DNA of 64,000 nucleotides from an uncultured delta proteobacterium (GCA_963753975.1 CAVWEH010000005.1:352001-416000); one strand, 5' to 3'. Positions 10,459-21,631 are shown, counted from the stretch's first letter. Made by a program: numbers and translations. Notes: generated by a model from the sequence alone, not told the origin.

Positions 10459-11571
10459 CTATCTACATCGGGCGGCTGCCATCAGCCGCTGTACAATGAA
10501 ATTTTCGAAAGACTCTCGCAAAGGTATTATCTCCATTTCCATGTACAAGACGCAAATCATTTTTAAAAATTCCGGATAATGCTGGAGGCGCATCGCGTCC
10601 TTCTCTGTGGTTACCAAATAATCGGCGCGCAGGCTGATGTATCTGTTTTTTAAATCTTCGAGATCGTAATGGCTGTAAGAATAATGATCTGGAAACGTAT
10701 TAAAAGACAGGATGTCCGCCCGCGTTGTAAGCAGCATTTTTTTAAAGGAATCCGGCTTGGCGATACCGCAGAAAGCGCAAACTTTCTTGCCTTGAAGTTC
10801 GCCGAGTGGTCGGTGGAAACTCTCATTTTGTTTGATCATTTCTTTGAACTGATGAACGGCACGGAAAATGGGTATGTTTGATGTGCGTGCGATCTCGGCG
10901 ATGTCATGATTTAAAAAGTGTTTCTCATCTGCGCGGGTCAGAATAAAACAACTGGCGCGGTAAAGGCCGTCCGCCGATTCGCGCAGTTCACCTCGCGGAA
11001 GAAGATGCCCGTTGCCCAGAGGTTTTTCGCCGTCCAGCAAAACAATATCTACATCGCGAAAGATTTGTCGGTGTTGGAACGCGTCGTCGCAGATCAGCAC
11101 ATTGACACCGAATTGGTCAATGGCGGTTCTTCCTGTTTGAATTCTCCGTGCGCCCGTAATGACGGGGATGTCCTGCAGCGACCGGGCAATGAGGAGTGGC
11201 TCGTCACCGACAGCGTCGGCATTCAATAAGATAGTTTTGCCGTCGGAAACAATATTAACGGACTTTGAGCTTTTGCCTCCATAGCCGCGGCTTAGAACTG
11301 CCGGCTGAAAACCGTTTTTTTGCAGCATTCTAGCCAGCATAATTACACAGGGAGTTTTACCTGTCCCGCCGACCGTGATATTCCCGACGCTAATCACCGG
11401 ACAGGGAAGTTTTACTGCCGGCAGTATTTTTTGATCGTAAAGCCAATTACGAAAATTAATAATCAGGCAATAAGGCAATGAAAGGACAGATGCAATCGTC
11501 CTGGCTGGTCGGTAACGGCTGCTGGCTTCGTCATCATCCCAAATCCTTTGCCAATTGATCATTTGCCACAT
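10459..11571 (-). CDS. lpxK: Tetraacyldisaccharide 4'-kinase
   Basis: Motifs ISVGNITVGGTGKTP, SRGYG, GDEP, DDAFQH and TTEKD. Start placed after an AAGGGA RBS. Confidence 0.93.
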   Translation of the reverse strand: MWQMINWQRIWDDDEASSRYRPARTIASVLSLPYCLIINFRNWLYDQKILPAVKLPCPVISVGNITVGGTGKTPCVIMLARMLQKNGFQPAVLSRGYGGKSSKSVNIVSDGKTILLNADAVGDEPLLIARSLQDIPVITGARRIQTGRTAIDQFGVNVLICDDAFQHRQIFRDVDIVLLDGEKPLGNGHLLPRGELRESADGLYRASCFILTRADEKHFLNHDIAEIARTSNIPIFRAVHQFKEMIKQNESFHRPLGELQGKKVCAFCGIAKPDSFKKMLLTTRADILSFNTFPDHYSYSHYDLEDLKNRYISLRADYLVTTEKDAMRLQHYPEFLKMICVLYMEMEIIPLRESFENFIVQRLMAAARCR

Positions 11572-13297
11572 TATTCCCTTCATCTTTGAATTGCAAATTG
11601 TACAGTCGGAAATATTCGCCCTTTTTCGTAAGCAGCGTTTCGTGATTGCCTTCTTCAACGATTTCTCCATTGACCAAAACTATTATCCTGTCGGCAGTGC
11701 GGATTGTAGAAAGCCTGTGCGCTATAACCAATGTCGTTCTGCCTTTCATGAGATTATCCAAAGCTTCCTGCACCTCGATTTCTGCTTCCGAGTCCAGAGA
11801 TGATGTTGCTTCATCGAGGATTAAAATAGGAGCGTTCTTGAGCAGTGCCCGGGCGATAGAAATTCTTTGTTTTTCTCCGCCGGAGAGCTTGGTGCCTAAT
11901 TCGCCGATGTTGCTATCATATCCTTGGGGCAGTTTTATGATAAAGTCGTGGGCATTAGCCGCTTTCGCGGCGTTGATTATGTCTCCCTCGGTCCGGTCGA
12001 TATCTCCGTAAGCAATATTGTTTTTCACGGTATCGTTAAAGAGAATTGTCTGTTGCGTGACAATAGCTATCTGACCGCGTAGAGACTGTATGGTCACGTC
12101 TCTAATATCGTGTCCGTCAATAAGGATGCGACCTTCAGTAACATCATAAAATCGGGGAATTAAATTTACCAGCGACGTTTTACCGCCGCCGCTCATACCC
12201 ACAAAAGCGACAACTTCTCCTGCTTTTATGGAAAGATTAATATTTTTTAACACCGGTGTCTGTTCATAACAGAACGTGACGTTTTCAATATCAATACTAT
12301 GTCTGACCGGTGGAAGATCGGTGGCACCTGCTTTATCTTGAATATCAGGAACCAGATCAATAATGCTAAAAACACGCTCGGCGCCGGCAATACCCTGCTG
12401 GATAGTGTTATTGACATTAGTCAGCCTTTTGACAGGCTCATAGAGCAGCAGCAAGGCAGCAAGAAAGGTGAAGAAGGAACCGGGAGTTTGATTGCCTTTA
12501 ACAACTTCACTGCCCGCGTAATATATTATGACGGCAATAACGATTGAACCCAAAAATTCCATAAAAGGACTGGAGATGGCATTAATGGAAACCGTCTTTA
12601 TACTTAATTTAAGCAGACGTTCATTCTCGGCATTGAATCTATTACTTTCATACTTTTCCATACAGAAAGCTTTGACAATGCGGGTTCCGGAAATTGTTTC
12701 CTGTAAAAGAGAGGTGAGTGTTCCCATCGTTATTTGTGTGGAGGTGCTCACTTTTCTCATTTTTTTGCCAAATTTAGAAATAGGGTAAATGGTGGCGGGA
12801 AAAACAATCATCCCAATTAAGGCTAATTTCCAATTAGTATAAAAAATCAAAGCAGTCAGGAAAATAACAGAGAAAGTGTCTTTAATTATGCTGGTAACAG
12901 CTTCCGAAGCAGCGGATTGAATGGCCATAACGTCATTCGTGATCCGTGACATGAGCACTCCGGTCGGATGCCGTGTAAAAAAAGCAAGGGATTGTTTCTG
13001 TATTTGTTCGTAGAGCTTATTGCGCAGATCAGCAACAATTCTCAGTCCAATCTGACTCATCAAAATAATCTGACAGTAGTTAGAAATTCCCTTTAGCCCA
13101 AAAATTCCAATGACGGCAAGGGGAATCCACATTAAGGCAAATGTGTTCTTATTCAGAAAAATATCATCCAGGGCCGGCTTAACTATATAAGCCTGTCCTG
13201 ATGTTAGCGCCCCTACTGCTGTCATGCAAATCAAAGCAATAGCTAATCGGAATTTAAAAGGTTTGGCCAATTTCAAAAGACGTTTAAATACTTCCAT
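11534..13297 (-). CDS. msbA: Lipid A export ABC transporter (fused permease/ATPase)
   Basis: TM domain plus GMSGGGKT, LSGGEKQR and ILDEATS; located between lpxB and lpxK. Confidence 0.92.
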   Translation of the reverse strand: MEVFKRLLKLAKPFKFRLAIALICMTAVGALTSGQAYIVKPALDDIFLNKNTFALMWIPLAVIGIFGLKGISNYCQIILMSQIGLRIVADLRNKLYEQIQKQSLAFFTRHPTGVLMSRITNDVMAIQSAASEAVTSIIKDTFSVIFLTALIFYTNWKLALIGMIVFPATIYPISKFGKKMRKVSTSTQITMGTLTSLLQETISGTRIVKAFCMEKYESNRFNAENERLLKLSIKTVSINAISSPFMEFLGSIVIAVIIYYAGSEVVKGNQTPGSFFTFLAALLLLYEPVKRLTNVNNTIQQGIAGAERVFSIIDLVPDIQDKAGATDLPPVRHSIDIENVTFCYEQTPVLKNINLSIKAGEVVAFVGMSGGGKTSLVNLIPRFYDVTEGRILIDGHDIRDVTIQSLRGQIAIVTQQTILFNDTVKNNIAYGDIDRTEGDIINAAKAANAHDFIIKLPQGYDSNIGELGTKLSGGEKQRISIARALLKNAPILILDEATSSLDSEAEIEVQEALDNLMKGRTTLVIAHRLSTIRTADRIIVLVNGEIVEEGNHETLLTKKGEYFRLYNLQFKDEGNNVANDQLAKDLG

Positions 13298-13306
13298 ACT
13301 CTCCTT

Positions 13307-14491
13307 TTATAGCATATCTAGAGCGAGTTGGGCAGCCCTTATCGCCGCGCCCGGTTTGCCCAGCTTGGCACGAATTTCCGCCAGTTCATTTATCATTTCT
13401 TTCTTTCTTTCTACGCTTGTTAAAATACCGACGGCCTCGGAAGCAATGTTTTGCGCATTTGCCTTCTTCTGAATCAGTTCCGGGACCACAGTTTTACCGG
13501 CAATAATATTGGCAAGACCGATGTTTTTGACATTTACGATCGATTTGCCGATAAAATAAGACAGTGGAGAAATCTTATAGATAATGATCATTGGTACGCC
13601 AAGCAAAGCTGTTTCCAGAGTTGCCGTTCCTGAGGCAACAATGGCCAGATCGCAGCAGGATACGGCATCATAAGTCTGGCCGGAAATCACTTTAACTTTG
13701 ATGGGAAATCCGGAAACTATATCGCCAATTATTTTCTCTTCCAGAGTATCGGCCAATGGTAATATAAATTGTAAGTTTTGCATTTTTTGCGACAGAATTT
13801 CCGCTGCACGCAACATCTCCGGCAATAACTTGGTTACTTCGGAGAGCCTGCTTCCCGGCAAAAGCCCAATTGTTGTTTTGCTCTCATCGAGATTAAATAT
13901 TTTTTTCGATTCTTGTTTGGAATAGTCCGGTTTCACTAAATCCAGCAAGGGGTGGCCAACATAATCGACTTCAAACCCTTTTGTTGCGTATGTATCAACT
14001 TCAAAAGGAAGAATGACAGCCATTTTATCTACTAGTCTCTTAATTCTATTAATTCGGCTTTTGCGCCATGCCCAGACTTGCGGACTGATATAATAAAATA
14101 TTTTAATATTCCTTTTTTTTGCTGCCGGTGCAATAATATACAAATTAAAATCAGGATAGTCGATTAAAATGACAAGTTGGGGCCTCATTTCGTCCAGAGA
14201 TTTTCTTACCTGCCTGATAATCCTGCAAAAAGTACCAATTTTTGATATAACCTCGGTCAAACCGACAACTGCTGTTTCAGCCGCATTAACGAGAAGCTGG
14301 ACTCCTGCATCCTGCATTCTGTTGCCGCCAATACCATAAAAATTAAGTGTCGGATCAATTTTTAACATTTCCCGAACAAGACTGGCGCCGTGCATATCGC
14401 CCGATGCCTCGCCGGCAATAATCATTATTATTTTGTTTTTTCCGACCGCAGAAACTTCTTTCGGAACGGAATTTATTTTTTTACTGGGCAT
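13307..14491 (-). CDS. lpxB: Lipid A disaccharide synthase
   Basis: Motifs AGEASGD, IDYPDFN, SPQVWAWR, VGHPL, LLPGSR and SGTATLE. Confidence 0.96.
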   Translation of the reverse strand: MPSKKINSVPKEVSAVGKNKIIMIIAGEASGDMHGASLVREMLKIDPTLNFYGIGGNRMQDAGVQLLVNAAETAVVGLTEVISKIGTFCRIIRQVRKSLDEMRPQLVILIDYPDFNLYIIAPAAKKRNIKIFYYISPQVWAWRKSRINRIKRLVDKMAVILPFEVDTYATKGFEVDYVGHPLLDLVKPDYSKQESKKIFNLDESKTTIGLLPGSRLSEVTKLLPEMLRAAEILSQKMQNLQFILPLADTLEEKIIGDIVSGFPIKVKVISGQTYDAVSCCDLAIVASGTATLETALLGVPMIIIYKISPLSYFIGKSIVNVKNIGLANIIAGKTVVPELIQKKANAQNIASEAVGILTSVERKKEMINELAEIRAKLGKPGAAIRAAQLALDML

Positions 14492-15575
14492 TATTAATCA
14501 CATCGGCAATAAGACTTATTTCTTCTTGACTCAATTCCGGAAACATCGGCAACGAAAGAACTTCATTCGCGCAAACCTCGCTCTGCGGCAGTTTTACCGA
14601 CAAATCATACAAATTTAGAAAAACTTCCTGCTGATGCAGCGGCACCGGATAGTAAACGGCCGAGGCAATGTCCTTCTCTCTAAGAGCAGTTGCCAGAGTA
14701 TCGCGATTCTTTGAGCGAATAGTGAATTGGTGATACACATGATCGCAACCCGAAGCGGCAGAAGGCAAAATTATATCTTTTCGATTGATGGCCGCGCAAT
14801 AAGCGGCGGCATTTTGGCGGCGAGCTTCGTTAAACCGACTAATTCTTTTGAGTTTGACGCGAATGACAGCGGCCTGAATTTCATCAAGACGGCTGTTGTG
14901 ACCTACTACTTGATGATGGTAGCGTACAGAGCTTCCATGATTGCGCAACATTTTTAATTGTTTAGCGATTTCTTCGTTTTTGGTGATAACCATTCCGCCA
15001 TCGCCGTATCCGGCCAAATTTTTACTGGGAAAAAAACTAAAACAGCCGGCATCACCTATGGTGCCTACCTTTTGAGAATGGTATTTAGCGCCGAAGGCTT
15101 GTGCGCAATCTTCAATTACTTTGAGTTTGTGTTTTCGCGCTATTTCCATAAGGGGCGCCATATCGGCAGGATGACCGAATAAATGGACCGGAATAATAGC
15201 TTTAGTTTTACGAGTTATTTTGTCGGTAATTTGGGCGCAATCGAGGTTAAAAGTATCGGGACAAATGTCCACAAAAACCGGGGTCGCATTTAAAAGGGCA
15301 ATTACTTCCGCTGTGGCTATAAAGGTAAACGGGGTCGTTATTACCTCGTCACCAGCCTTAATGCCGCAAGCACGCAGGGCAAGCAGCAAAGCGTCCGTAC
15401 CGTTGGCTACCCCGACAGCATATGGCAACTCGTGATAGGCAGCAATCTCTTCTTCCAGTTTTTCTACGTTCGGACCGAGAATAAACTGCGTTTGTTCCAA
15501 GACATCGCTGATAGCGGAGTCGATTTCACTTTTCAAAGCGCGGTATTGCCTTTTCAAATCCACCATCGGAATCAT
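14481..15575 (-). CDS. gnnB: DegT/DnrJ/EryC1/StrS PLP aminotransferase, probable GnnB
   Basis: Motifs NGTDAL, EDCAQA, SFFPSKNLAGYGDGG and NSRLDEIQAA; lies between lpxA/gnnA and lpxB. Confidence 0.8.
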   Translation of the reverse strand: MIPMVDLKRQYRALKSEIDSAISDVLEQTQFILGPNVEKLEEEIAAYHELPYAVGVANGTDALLLALRACGIKAGDEVITTPFTFIATAEVIALLNATPVFVDICPDTFNLDCAQITDKITRKTKAIIPVHLFGHPADMAPLMEIARKHKLKVIEDCAQAFGAKYHSQKVGTIGDAGCFSFFPSKNLAGYGDGGMVITKNEEIAKQLKMLRNHGSSVRYHHQVVGHNSRLDEIQAAVIRVKLKRISRFNEARRQNAAAYCAAINRKDIILPSAASGCDHVYHQFTIRSKNRDTLATALREKDIASAVYYPVPLHQQEVFLNLYDLSVKLPQSEVCANEVLSLPMFPELSQEEISLIADVINNAQ

Positions 15576-15576
15576 A

Positions 15577-16533
15577 TTACAGCAACGCCTCCGCGGTCTT
15601 CATCTTTTTTATTATGTCGCAGGCGAGTTCCAGCGACTTTCGGGCGTCATCACCGGAAACAGTGGGCTTAGAGCGACTGGCCACGGCATGAACGAAAGAG
15701 CGGATTTCTTCTTCCAGCGGGTCGTGACTGCCTACTTCGACATTGTTTTGAATTATTTCTAACTGCCCAGATCCGTTGATCCTTTTGCCCAGAGACACTA
15801 TTTCGCGTTTTTGATAATCGACGGAATGATAGCCTTCAATGCCGAAAAAACGGATCTTTTGCATCGTCTTGGAGCTAATACGACTGGCGGTAACATTGGC
15901 TATGCAGCCGGAAGCGAAAGAAAGCCGCGCGTTGGAAATATCAACTTTATCGGAAAGAACAGAAACGCCAACAGCCTCGACGGAGGCCAGCGGAGAATTT
16001 ACAAATTTCAATATAATATCGAGATCGTGAATCATCAAATCTAAGATCACATCTACGTCAGTGCCGCGCTCAAAAAACGGATGCAGCCTGTGCGACTCTA
16101 TAAAGACCGGCTTCTTGATGACTTTTTCCAGAGCCATTATTGCCGGATTAAATCTTTCCACAAAGCCGACCTGTAAAATAAGTTTGTTCTTTCGCGCGAG
16201 ATCAATCAACTCGTCAGCCTGTTCAATTTCCGAGCAGATGGGCTTTTCCACCAATACGTCGATTCCTGCTCCAAGAAAATCTTTCGCGACTTTGTAGTGC
16301 TCTCCTGTCGGAACAGCAATGCTTACGGCATCAACCTCGCCGAGCATTGCATGGTAGTCGGAAACGGCCGAACAATTGAAAATTGCCGCCGCTTTGGAAG
16401 CGCGATCTTTCACAGCATCGGCCACGCAGAAGATCTCGCAGTTTTCCAGTTTGCTGTACTTCTGCAGGTGATAATTACCCAAGTGTCCTGTCCCGACGAC
16501 ACCAATTTTGATTCTTTTTCTTTTCCCGACCAT
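15577..16533 (-). CDS. gnnA: Gfo/Idh/MocA oxidoreductase, probable UDP-GlcNAc 3-dehydrogenase GnnA
   Basis: Motifs GVVGTGHLG, VLVEKP, ERFNPA, DLMIHDLD and ASRIS; synteny lpxA-gnnA-gnnB-lpxB. Confidence 0.8.
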   Translation of the reverse strand: MVGKRKRIKIGVVGTGHLGNYHLQKYSKLENCEIFCVADAVKDRASKAAAIFNCSAVSDYHAMLGEVDAVSIAVPTGEHYKVAKDFLGAGIDVLVEKPICSEIEQADELIDLARKNKLILQVGFVERFNPAIMALEKVIKKPVFIESHRLHPFFERGTDVDVILDLMIHDLDIILKFVNSPLASVEAVGVSVLSDKVDISNARLSFASGCIANVTASRISSKTMQKIRFFGIEGYHSVDYQKREIVSLGKRINGSGQLEIIQNNVEVGSHDPLEEEIRSFVHAVASRSKPTVSGDDARKSLELACDIIKKMKTAEALL

Positions 16534-16537
16534 ATTC

Positions 16538-17311
16538 CTAGCGACAGGTGCCCCTTTTCGATTCTTGGATAAATTTTATGAAATGTCTTACTTCCGGAAT
16601 GTCCTCTACTTCTTCTTGAGCTTTCTTCAATGCGGTTTCCAAAAGTAGATTGGAGCGAAAAATAATGCGATAGGCATCCTTGAGAGCTTTAATTGTAGCT
16701 TCTGAAAAATTGCGCCTCTGGAGCCCGACCAGATTCAGACCGAAGAGTTTGGCATGATTGCCGTTGGCCAGCGTATAAGGAGGCACGTCTTTGGCCACTC
16801 CTGATGCGCCTCCGATAAACGAATGAGCTCCTATTGTGGAAAACTGATGCACGGCGGAAAGCCCGCTGATGATGGCATAGTCTTCCAGGTGAACGTGTCC
16901 GGCCAGAGTAGCCACATTCGACATAATGATGTTATTGCCCAGTCTACAATTATGAGCTACATGCGTGTACGCCATAAGCAGGTTATGATCGCCGATAACG
17001 GTCAGGCCGATATCCGCGCTGGTTGCTCTATGGATCGTGGCAAATTCCCGGATGGTATTGAAGTTGCCGATGACCACACGCGTCTTTTCGCCGCCGAATT
17101 TTAAATCCTGAGGCGGCGCTCCGATGGAACAAAACTGGAAAATTCGGCAATCTTCACCGATTTGAGTATAATCATCAATAACGGTATGCGGTCCGATGAC
17201 CGTGTTTTTACCGATCTTAACATCGGTGCCGATGATGCTGTAAGGACCGATCTCTACGCCTTCGTCCAGTTGAGCATCCGATGCAACTATTGCCGTAGGA
17301 TGAATCTTCAT
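16538..17311 (-). CDS. lpxA: UDP-GlcNAc acyltransferase
   Basis: IHPTAIV, hexapeptide repeats, PQDLKF, HVAHNC and KDVPPY. Confidence 0.96.
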   Translation of the reverse strand: MKIHPTAIVASDAQLDEGVEIGPYSIIGTDVKIGKNTVIGPHTVIDDYTQIGEDCRIFQFCSIGAPPQDLKFGGEKTRVVIGNFNTIREFATIHRATSADIGLTVIGDHNLLMAYTHVAHNCRLGNNIIMSNVATLAGHVHLEDYAIISGLSAVHQFSTIGAHSFIGGASGVAKDVPPYTLANGNHAKLFGLNLVGLQRRNFSEATIKALKDAYRIIFRSNLLLETALKKAQEEVEDIPEVRHFIKFIQESKRGTCR

Positions 17312-17334
17312 CTATTCAACCTTCTCCTGAATAT

Positions 17335-18360
17335 TTATTTTTTTAATTGGAGCTCTTCCACCTTTTTGACCAAATCTTCCAGCGTTGCTCGCATTGCGGG
17401 AAGTCTTACCTGACAAGCCTCGATTTTCAACCATTCCTTATAAGGCATAAACGGCGTTCCGCCGCCAACCTGTCCGGACGGAATGTTCTTATGAATGCCT
17501 GAAGCGGCTCCGATCATGACGTTATCGCCAATAGAAATATGACCAACAATGCCGGTTTGCCCGGCAACAATGACACTTTTCCCAAGTTTGGCGGAACCGG
17601 AAATTCCGACCTGGGCAGCAATGACTGAATTTTCTCCAATAACAACATTATGCGCAACTTGCACGAGGTTATCGATTTTCACGTTACGTTGAATCCAGGT
17701 TTTACCCAATGTGGCACGGTCAACTGTAGTATTAGCGCCTATTTCCACATCATCATCTATTTGCACAAATCCCACCTGCGGGATTTTACTGTTGTCCCTA
17801 CCGGGATTGGCAAAGCCGAATCCATCGGCGCCAACAACAACCCCGGAGTGTAAAACTACTCGTTTGCCGATGATACAGGAATGATATACGGTAACGTTGG
17901 CGTATATTACAGAGTTTTCGCCGATTGAGGCGTTGCGTCCAATGTAAACTCCCGGGTAGATAACAGCTCCCTTATCGATTTTTGCCCCGTGGCTAATAAA
18001 TACCCGGGGGAATATGTGTGCTTCCGGAGAGACAACTGCGCCCTCCTCAATATAAGCATCTTTACTGATACCTTTAAAACCATGTTCCCAGGGGTAAAAA
18101 ACAGTTAATAATTTCCCCAGGGAGGCATAGGGATCGGCTACGATAATTAGATTCTTCCCTTCTGCTACAGTTTGAGGTGAAGCAAGAATAGCCGACGCTC
18201 GAGTCAGCTTCATTTTTTTCAGATACTTTTTGTTGGCGATGAATGTAAGATCGCCTTCATTCGCTTCCTCGATAGACGTTATATTGTTAATGATTACATC
18301 ATCCCGGCCAATAACGGTACCATCAAGAATCCGGGCTATTTCCTTAAGCGTCATTCCCAT
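17335..18360 (-). CDS. lpxD: UDP-3-O-acyl-glucosamine N-acyltransferase
   Basis: Motifs [18 protein letters not shown] and [12 protein letters not shown]. Confidence 0.96.
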   Translation of the reverse strand: MGMTLKEIARILDGTVIGRDDVIINNITSIEEANEGDLTFIANKKYLKKMKLTRASAILASPQTVAEGKNLIIVADPYASLGKLLTVFYPWEHGFKGISKDAYIEEGAVVSPEAHIFPRVFISHGAKIDKGAVIYPGVYIGRNASIGENSVIYANVTVYHSCIIGKRVVLHSGVVVGADGFGFANPGRDNSKIPQVGFVQIDDDVEIGANTTVDRATLGKTWIQRNVKIDNLVQVAHNVVIGENSVIAAQVGISGSAKLGKSVIVAGQTGIVGHISIGDNVMIGAASGIHKNIPSGQVGGGTPFMPYKEWLKIEACQVRLPAMRATLEDLVKKVEELQLKK

Positions 18361-18378
18361 TGCAAAAGAGTTTACCTG

Positions 18379-18894
18379 TTATTTTTTATTATACTCTTCG
18401 ATAACCTTCTTGCTAAAATCATTTTCTTTAGCATAATAAGGTACCGGCGTGCTGGCTATGTCTATAACCAAAGTATATTTCTCTTTTTCCGCGATAGCGC
18501 GTACGATTTTCACTATTTCCGGAAACAGCTTCTGAGAAAGTTCGGCATCGCGCCTTTTGAGTTCTTCATTGGCGTCATTAACCAGCAATTGATAGTCGCG
18601 CAACTTCTTCTGGTAAGCGGCTTCTTTATCTCGGCGCGCGTCGGCCGTTAGAATGGAGCCTCGTTTATCCAATTCATCCTTCATTTTCTTAAGTTCTTTT
18701 TCCGCCGAAGAAATTGACGCTTGCTTCTTTTCCGCCACTTTTTTTAAATCCTCTCCCGCCTTTTTGCCGGCGGTGGAATGTTGCATTATTTCTCTCATGT
18801 TGATAAAACCGATTTTGTCCGCAGCCCAGGAATTAGTGCTCCAGACAAAAAGCAGCAAGATAATTCCTCCCAGCAGGCAAATATTCCTTTTCAT
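18379..18894 (-). CDS. skp: Periplasmic chaperone Skp/OmpH
   Basis: Signal peptide, KIGFIN and coiled coil; located between bamA and lpxD. Confidence 0.9.
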   Translation of the reverse strand: MKRNICLLGGIILLLFVWSTNSWAADKIGFINMREIMQHSTAGKKAGEDLKKVAEKKQASISSAEKELKKMKDELDKRGSILTADARRDKEAAYQKKLRDYQLLVNDANEELKRRDAELSQKLFPEIVKIVRAIAEKEKYTLVIDIASTPVPYYAKENDFSKKVIEEYNKK

Positions 18895-18952
18895 ATAAAC
18901 TCTCCTCTCTATTTATTTGCAGATAAAATACATTCTTTATCTGCTTTTTGGG

Positions 18953-21631
18953 TTACATGAACATGCCGATAGTGAATTCCCAGCGGCCGATAGCATCATC
19001 ATTCACACCCTTGCGGTTAATCACGTAGCCGTATTCAAGCCTTAAAGGGCCGATCGGCGAATACCAGCGAATACCGCCTCCCACGGACTGTCGCAAATCA
19101 TCAATATAATATCCGTAGTCCCAAGTGTTACCGGCATCGTAAAAAAGAACGCCTTTCATGCCGGCCTCTTTAATAAGGGGAAAGACGAGTTCAAAATTAA
19201 AGACTAACATGGTTGTCCCGCCAATAACATCAGCCGTCCCCGGATTAGTCGGGCCGACATAACGAAATCCGCGCAGATCATTAATACCGCCTAAAACATA
19301 CCTTTCGAATATGGGTATTCTTGAAGAGTCATCATCAGTGTTTTGGATATATCCAATTCGTCCCTTTGTTACAAAGACCATGTCCCAAAACAGCGGATAA
19401 TAAGCATTTACGCCCGCTGAATATTTAACTAATTTTACATCCCCTCCTATGGGAGGACCTGCATATTGAACAGAAAAGGTTGTTCTAGTTCCCTTGGTGG
19501 GAAACATAATATCGTCAGTTGTATCGCGCACCAAAGATAATGTTGCGGCGCTTTTAATTCTTTGGCCTTCCGAATCTATAATAATCTGCGACGCCGTCGC
19601 CTGATTAACATCTTGAATATTATTAAGGGTAAGATTATAGCTGATATAGCTGCTGATTTTTTCCCAAAGCGGATAGCCCAAAGTAAGCCCTGCACCACGT
19701 GTATCCACAGTGTAGGAGTCATATATATTTTGATATTTCCAAATGTCCGTTTTAGCCCAAAGGGGCATGTCAAAAAGCCATGGCTCGGTAAAAGATAAGT
19801 CAACCATGTTGGTGCTGGAACCTAAAGACGCTTTCAGACTTAAAATTTGACCATAACCCAAGAAATTTTGTTCTGATATCTGCCCCATGATCATAGCTTG
19901 ATCGGCTGCGCTGTAACCGGCGCCAACCATGAACATGCCGGTATTTTTTTCTTTGACGCGAATATTCACATTCGTTTGATTTTTGTCGGGGCTTTTTTCC
20001 GTCTGGAAATCCACTTCTTCAAAATACCTGAGGCGATTCAAATTAGCATAACTACTCTTTAATTTAGAGCTGGAATACAAGTCCCCTTCAACTATATCCA
20101 ACTGGCGCCGGATAACCTTGTCGCGGGTATTGGTATTGCCGGTAATACTAATACGGCTAATATAAACCAGTCCGCCTTTATTTATTTGAAAATCAATATC
20201 GACTAATTGTTCTTTTTCCCTGGTATCAATTCTCGGATTAATATCTGCATATGCGTAGCCTTCATCATTACAGGCTTGAGTTAAGAAATCTATGTCCTTC
20301 ATCATCGCTTCCCGGTCATAATTTTTGCCTGGTTTTACAGTTAATGATTCCAGCAGTTCGGCTCTGGACTTTTTTAGCAAATCGCCGGAAATTTCCACTT
20401 TACCGACTTTAAATCTTTTCCCTTCTTTAATTTGAATTTTTATGTAAATTCCTTTTTTATCGAATGTTATTTCCGGTTCGGCGATTTGAGCGTTAATAAA
20501 ACCGTTATTGAAATAAAAAGCGGTCAATTTATTAATGTCTTGCTTGAGCTGGTCGCGCTTCAACAGGCCGGAATCTGTAAAAATGTTTAAAATATTGTAT
20601 TCTGAAGTGCTCATCATGTTTCTGAGCTCTTTGGAAGAGTAGGCTTCATTTCCTTCGAAGGTAATCGTTCGGACATAGACCCGGTCATTTTCTTTGATGT
20701 CCAGAATTACGTGGAAATCTTTTTCTCCATCTTTTTCTACTGAGTCGGTTATCTCGGCATTATAATAAGCTTTGCCGTCATAAAGTGTTTTAATTTTTTC
20801 TATATCTGCTTTGATTTTTTCCTGATTTAAGGTCTGTCCGGTCTTGATTGTCATAACCTCTTGGATATCATCCTTGCTTAAGGCTTTATTGCCTTTGATC
20901 TGAATATCCGTAATCAGTCCTTTTTCCAAAACAGTAAATGTGACAATTTTCCCCTGTGGCGTTGAGGTCGCCCCCGCGCTTACGTCCAGGAAAAAGCCCA
21001 TTTTGAAAATTGTCTTAATATCGGCTGTAATATCTTCTTCCAGATAAGGATTGCCCACTTTGCTTTTAAGCTGCTGAATAATAGCGGAGGATTCGATCTT
21101 TCGATTACCCTTAATTTCAATTTTGGCGATCTTTTCAATCAGACCCGTCCGAATAAGGATTTCGGTTTTTAATTGACTGGCTATGGCTCCCAGACTGGCC
21201 AGACCTTTACCGGAAACGGAAACCGGAGATAAAACACTTCCTGTACCGATATTAATTATTTTAGCGTCAACGCTTAACGTTTCACCTAATTGGGTCAAAC
21301 TGCCCATAACAACAAAATCGGCACGCAAAGATTTCCCCGCACTGATCGCCCGGCGTTCATCTATTTTCGTTTTATCTTTAAGAAACGAATCCGCGGGAAC
21401 AAATTGAATAAGTTTTCCTTTTTTTAATTCTTCGGACAATTTTCTGTACAGGGATTCCTTGATGGCAGCACTATCTTCCTTACTGTAAACTTCAAAAGGC
21501 AGTATGCTGATTTTTTTTAATTTCTGAGCATGCGCTGGGACAAGGGGAAAAAGCGACAAAAGCAAAAAAGTCCAACATATATGACGAGCTATTTTATTAA
21601 TGGTAATATTAATAATCATAAATTCTCCCAT
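18953..21631 (-). CDS. bamA: Outer-membrane protein assembly factor BamA with an extra N-terminal domain
   Basis: POTRA repeats (I.I.GN), LRGF, GIRWYSPIGPLRLEYG and C-terminal F.IG.F. Confidence 0.95.
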   Translation of the reverse strand: MGEFMIINITINKIARHICWTFLLLSLFPLVPAHAQKLKKISILPFEVYSKEDSAAIKESLYRKLSEELKKGKLIQFVPADSFLKDKTKIDERRAISAGKSLRADFVVMGSLTQLGETLSVDAKIINIGTGSVLSPVSVSGKGLASLGAIASQLKTEILIRTGLIEKIAKIEIKGNRKIESSAIIQQLKSKVGNPYLEEDITADIKTIFKMGFFLDVSAGATSTPQGKIVTFTVLEKGLITDIQIKGNKALSKDDIQEVMTIKTGQTLNQEKIKADIEKIKTLYDGKAYYNAEITDSVEKDGEKDFHVILDIKENDRVYVRTITFEGNEAYSSKELRNMMSTSEYNILNIFTDSGLLKRDQLKQDINKLTAFYFNNGFINAQIAEPEITFDKKGIYIKIQIKEGKRFKVGKVEISGDLLKKSRAELLESLTVKPGKNYDREAMMKDIDFLTQACNDEGYAYADINPRIDTREKEQLVDIDFQINKGGLVYISRISITGNTNTRDKVIRRQLDIVEGDLYSSSKLKSSYANLNRLRYFEEVDFQTEKSPDKNQTNVNIRVKEKNTGMFMVGAGYSAADQAMIMGQISEQNFLGYGQILSLKASLGSSTNMVDLSFTEPWLFDMPLWAKTDIWKYQNIYDSYTVDTRGAGLTLGYPLWEKISSYISYNLTLNNIQDVNQATASQIIIDSEGQRIKSAATLSLVRDTTDDIMFPTKGTRTTFSVQYAGPPIGGDVKLVKYSAGVNAYYPLFWDMVFVTKGRIGYIQNTDDDSSRIPIFERYVLGGINDLRGFRYVGPTNPGTADVIGGTTMLVFNFELVFPLIKEAGMKGVLFYDAGNTWDYGYYIDDLRQSVGGGIRWYSPIGPLRLEYGYVINRKGVNDDAIGRWEFTIGMFM

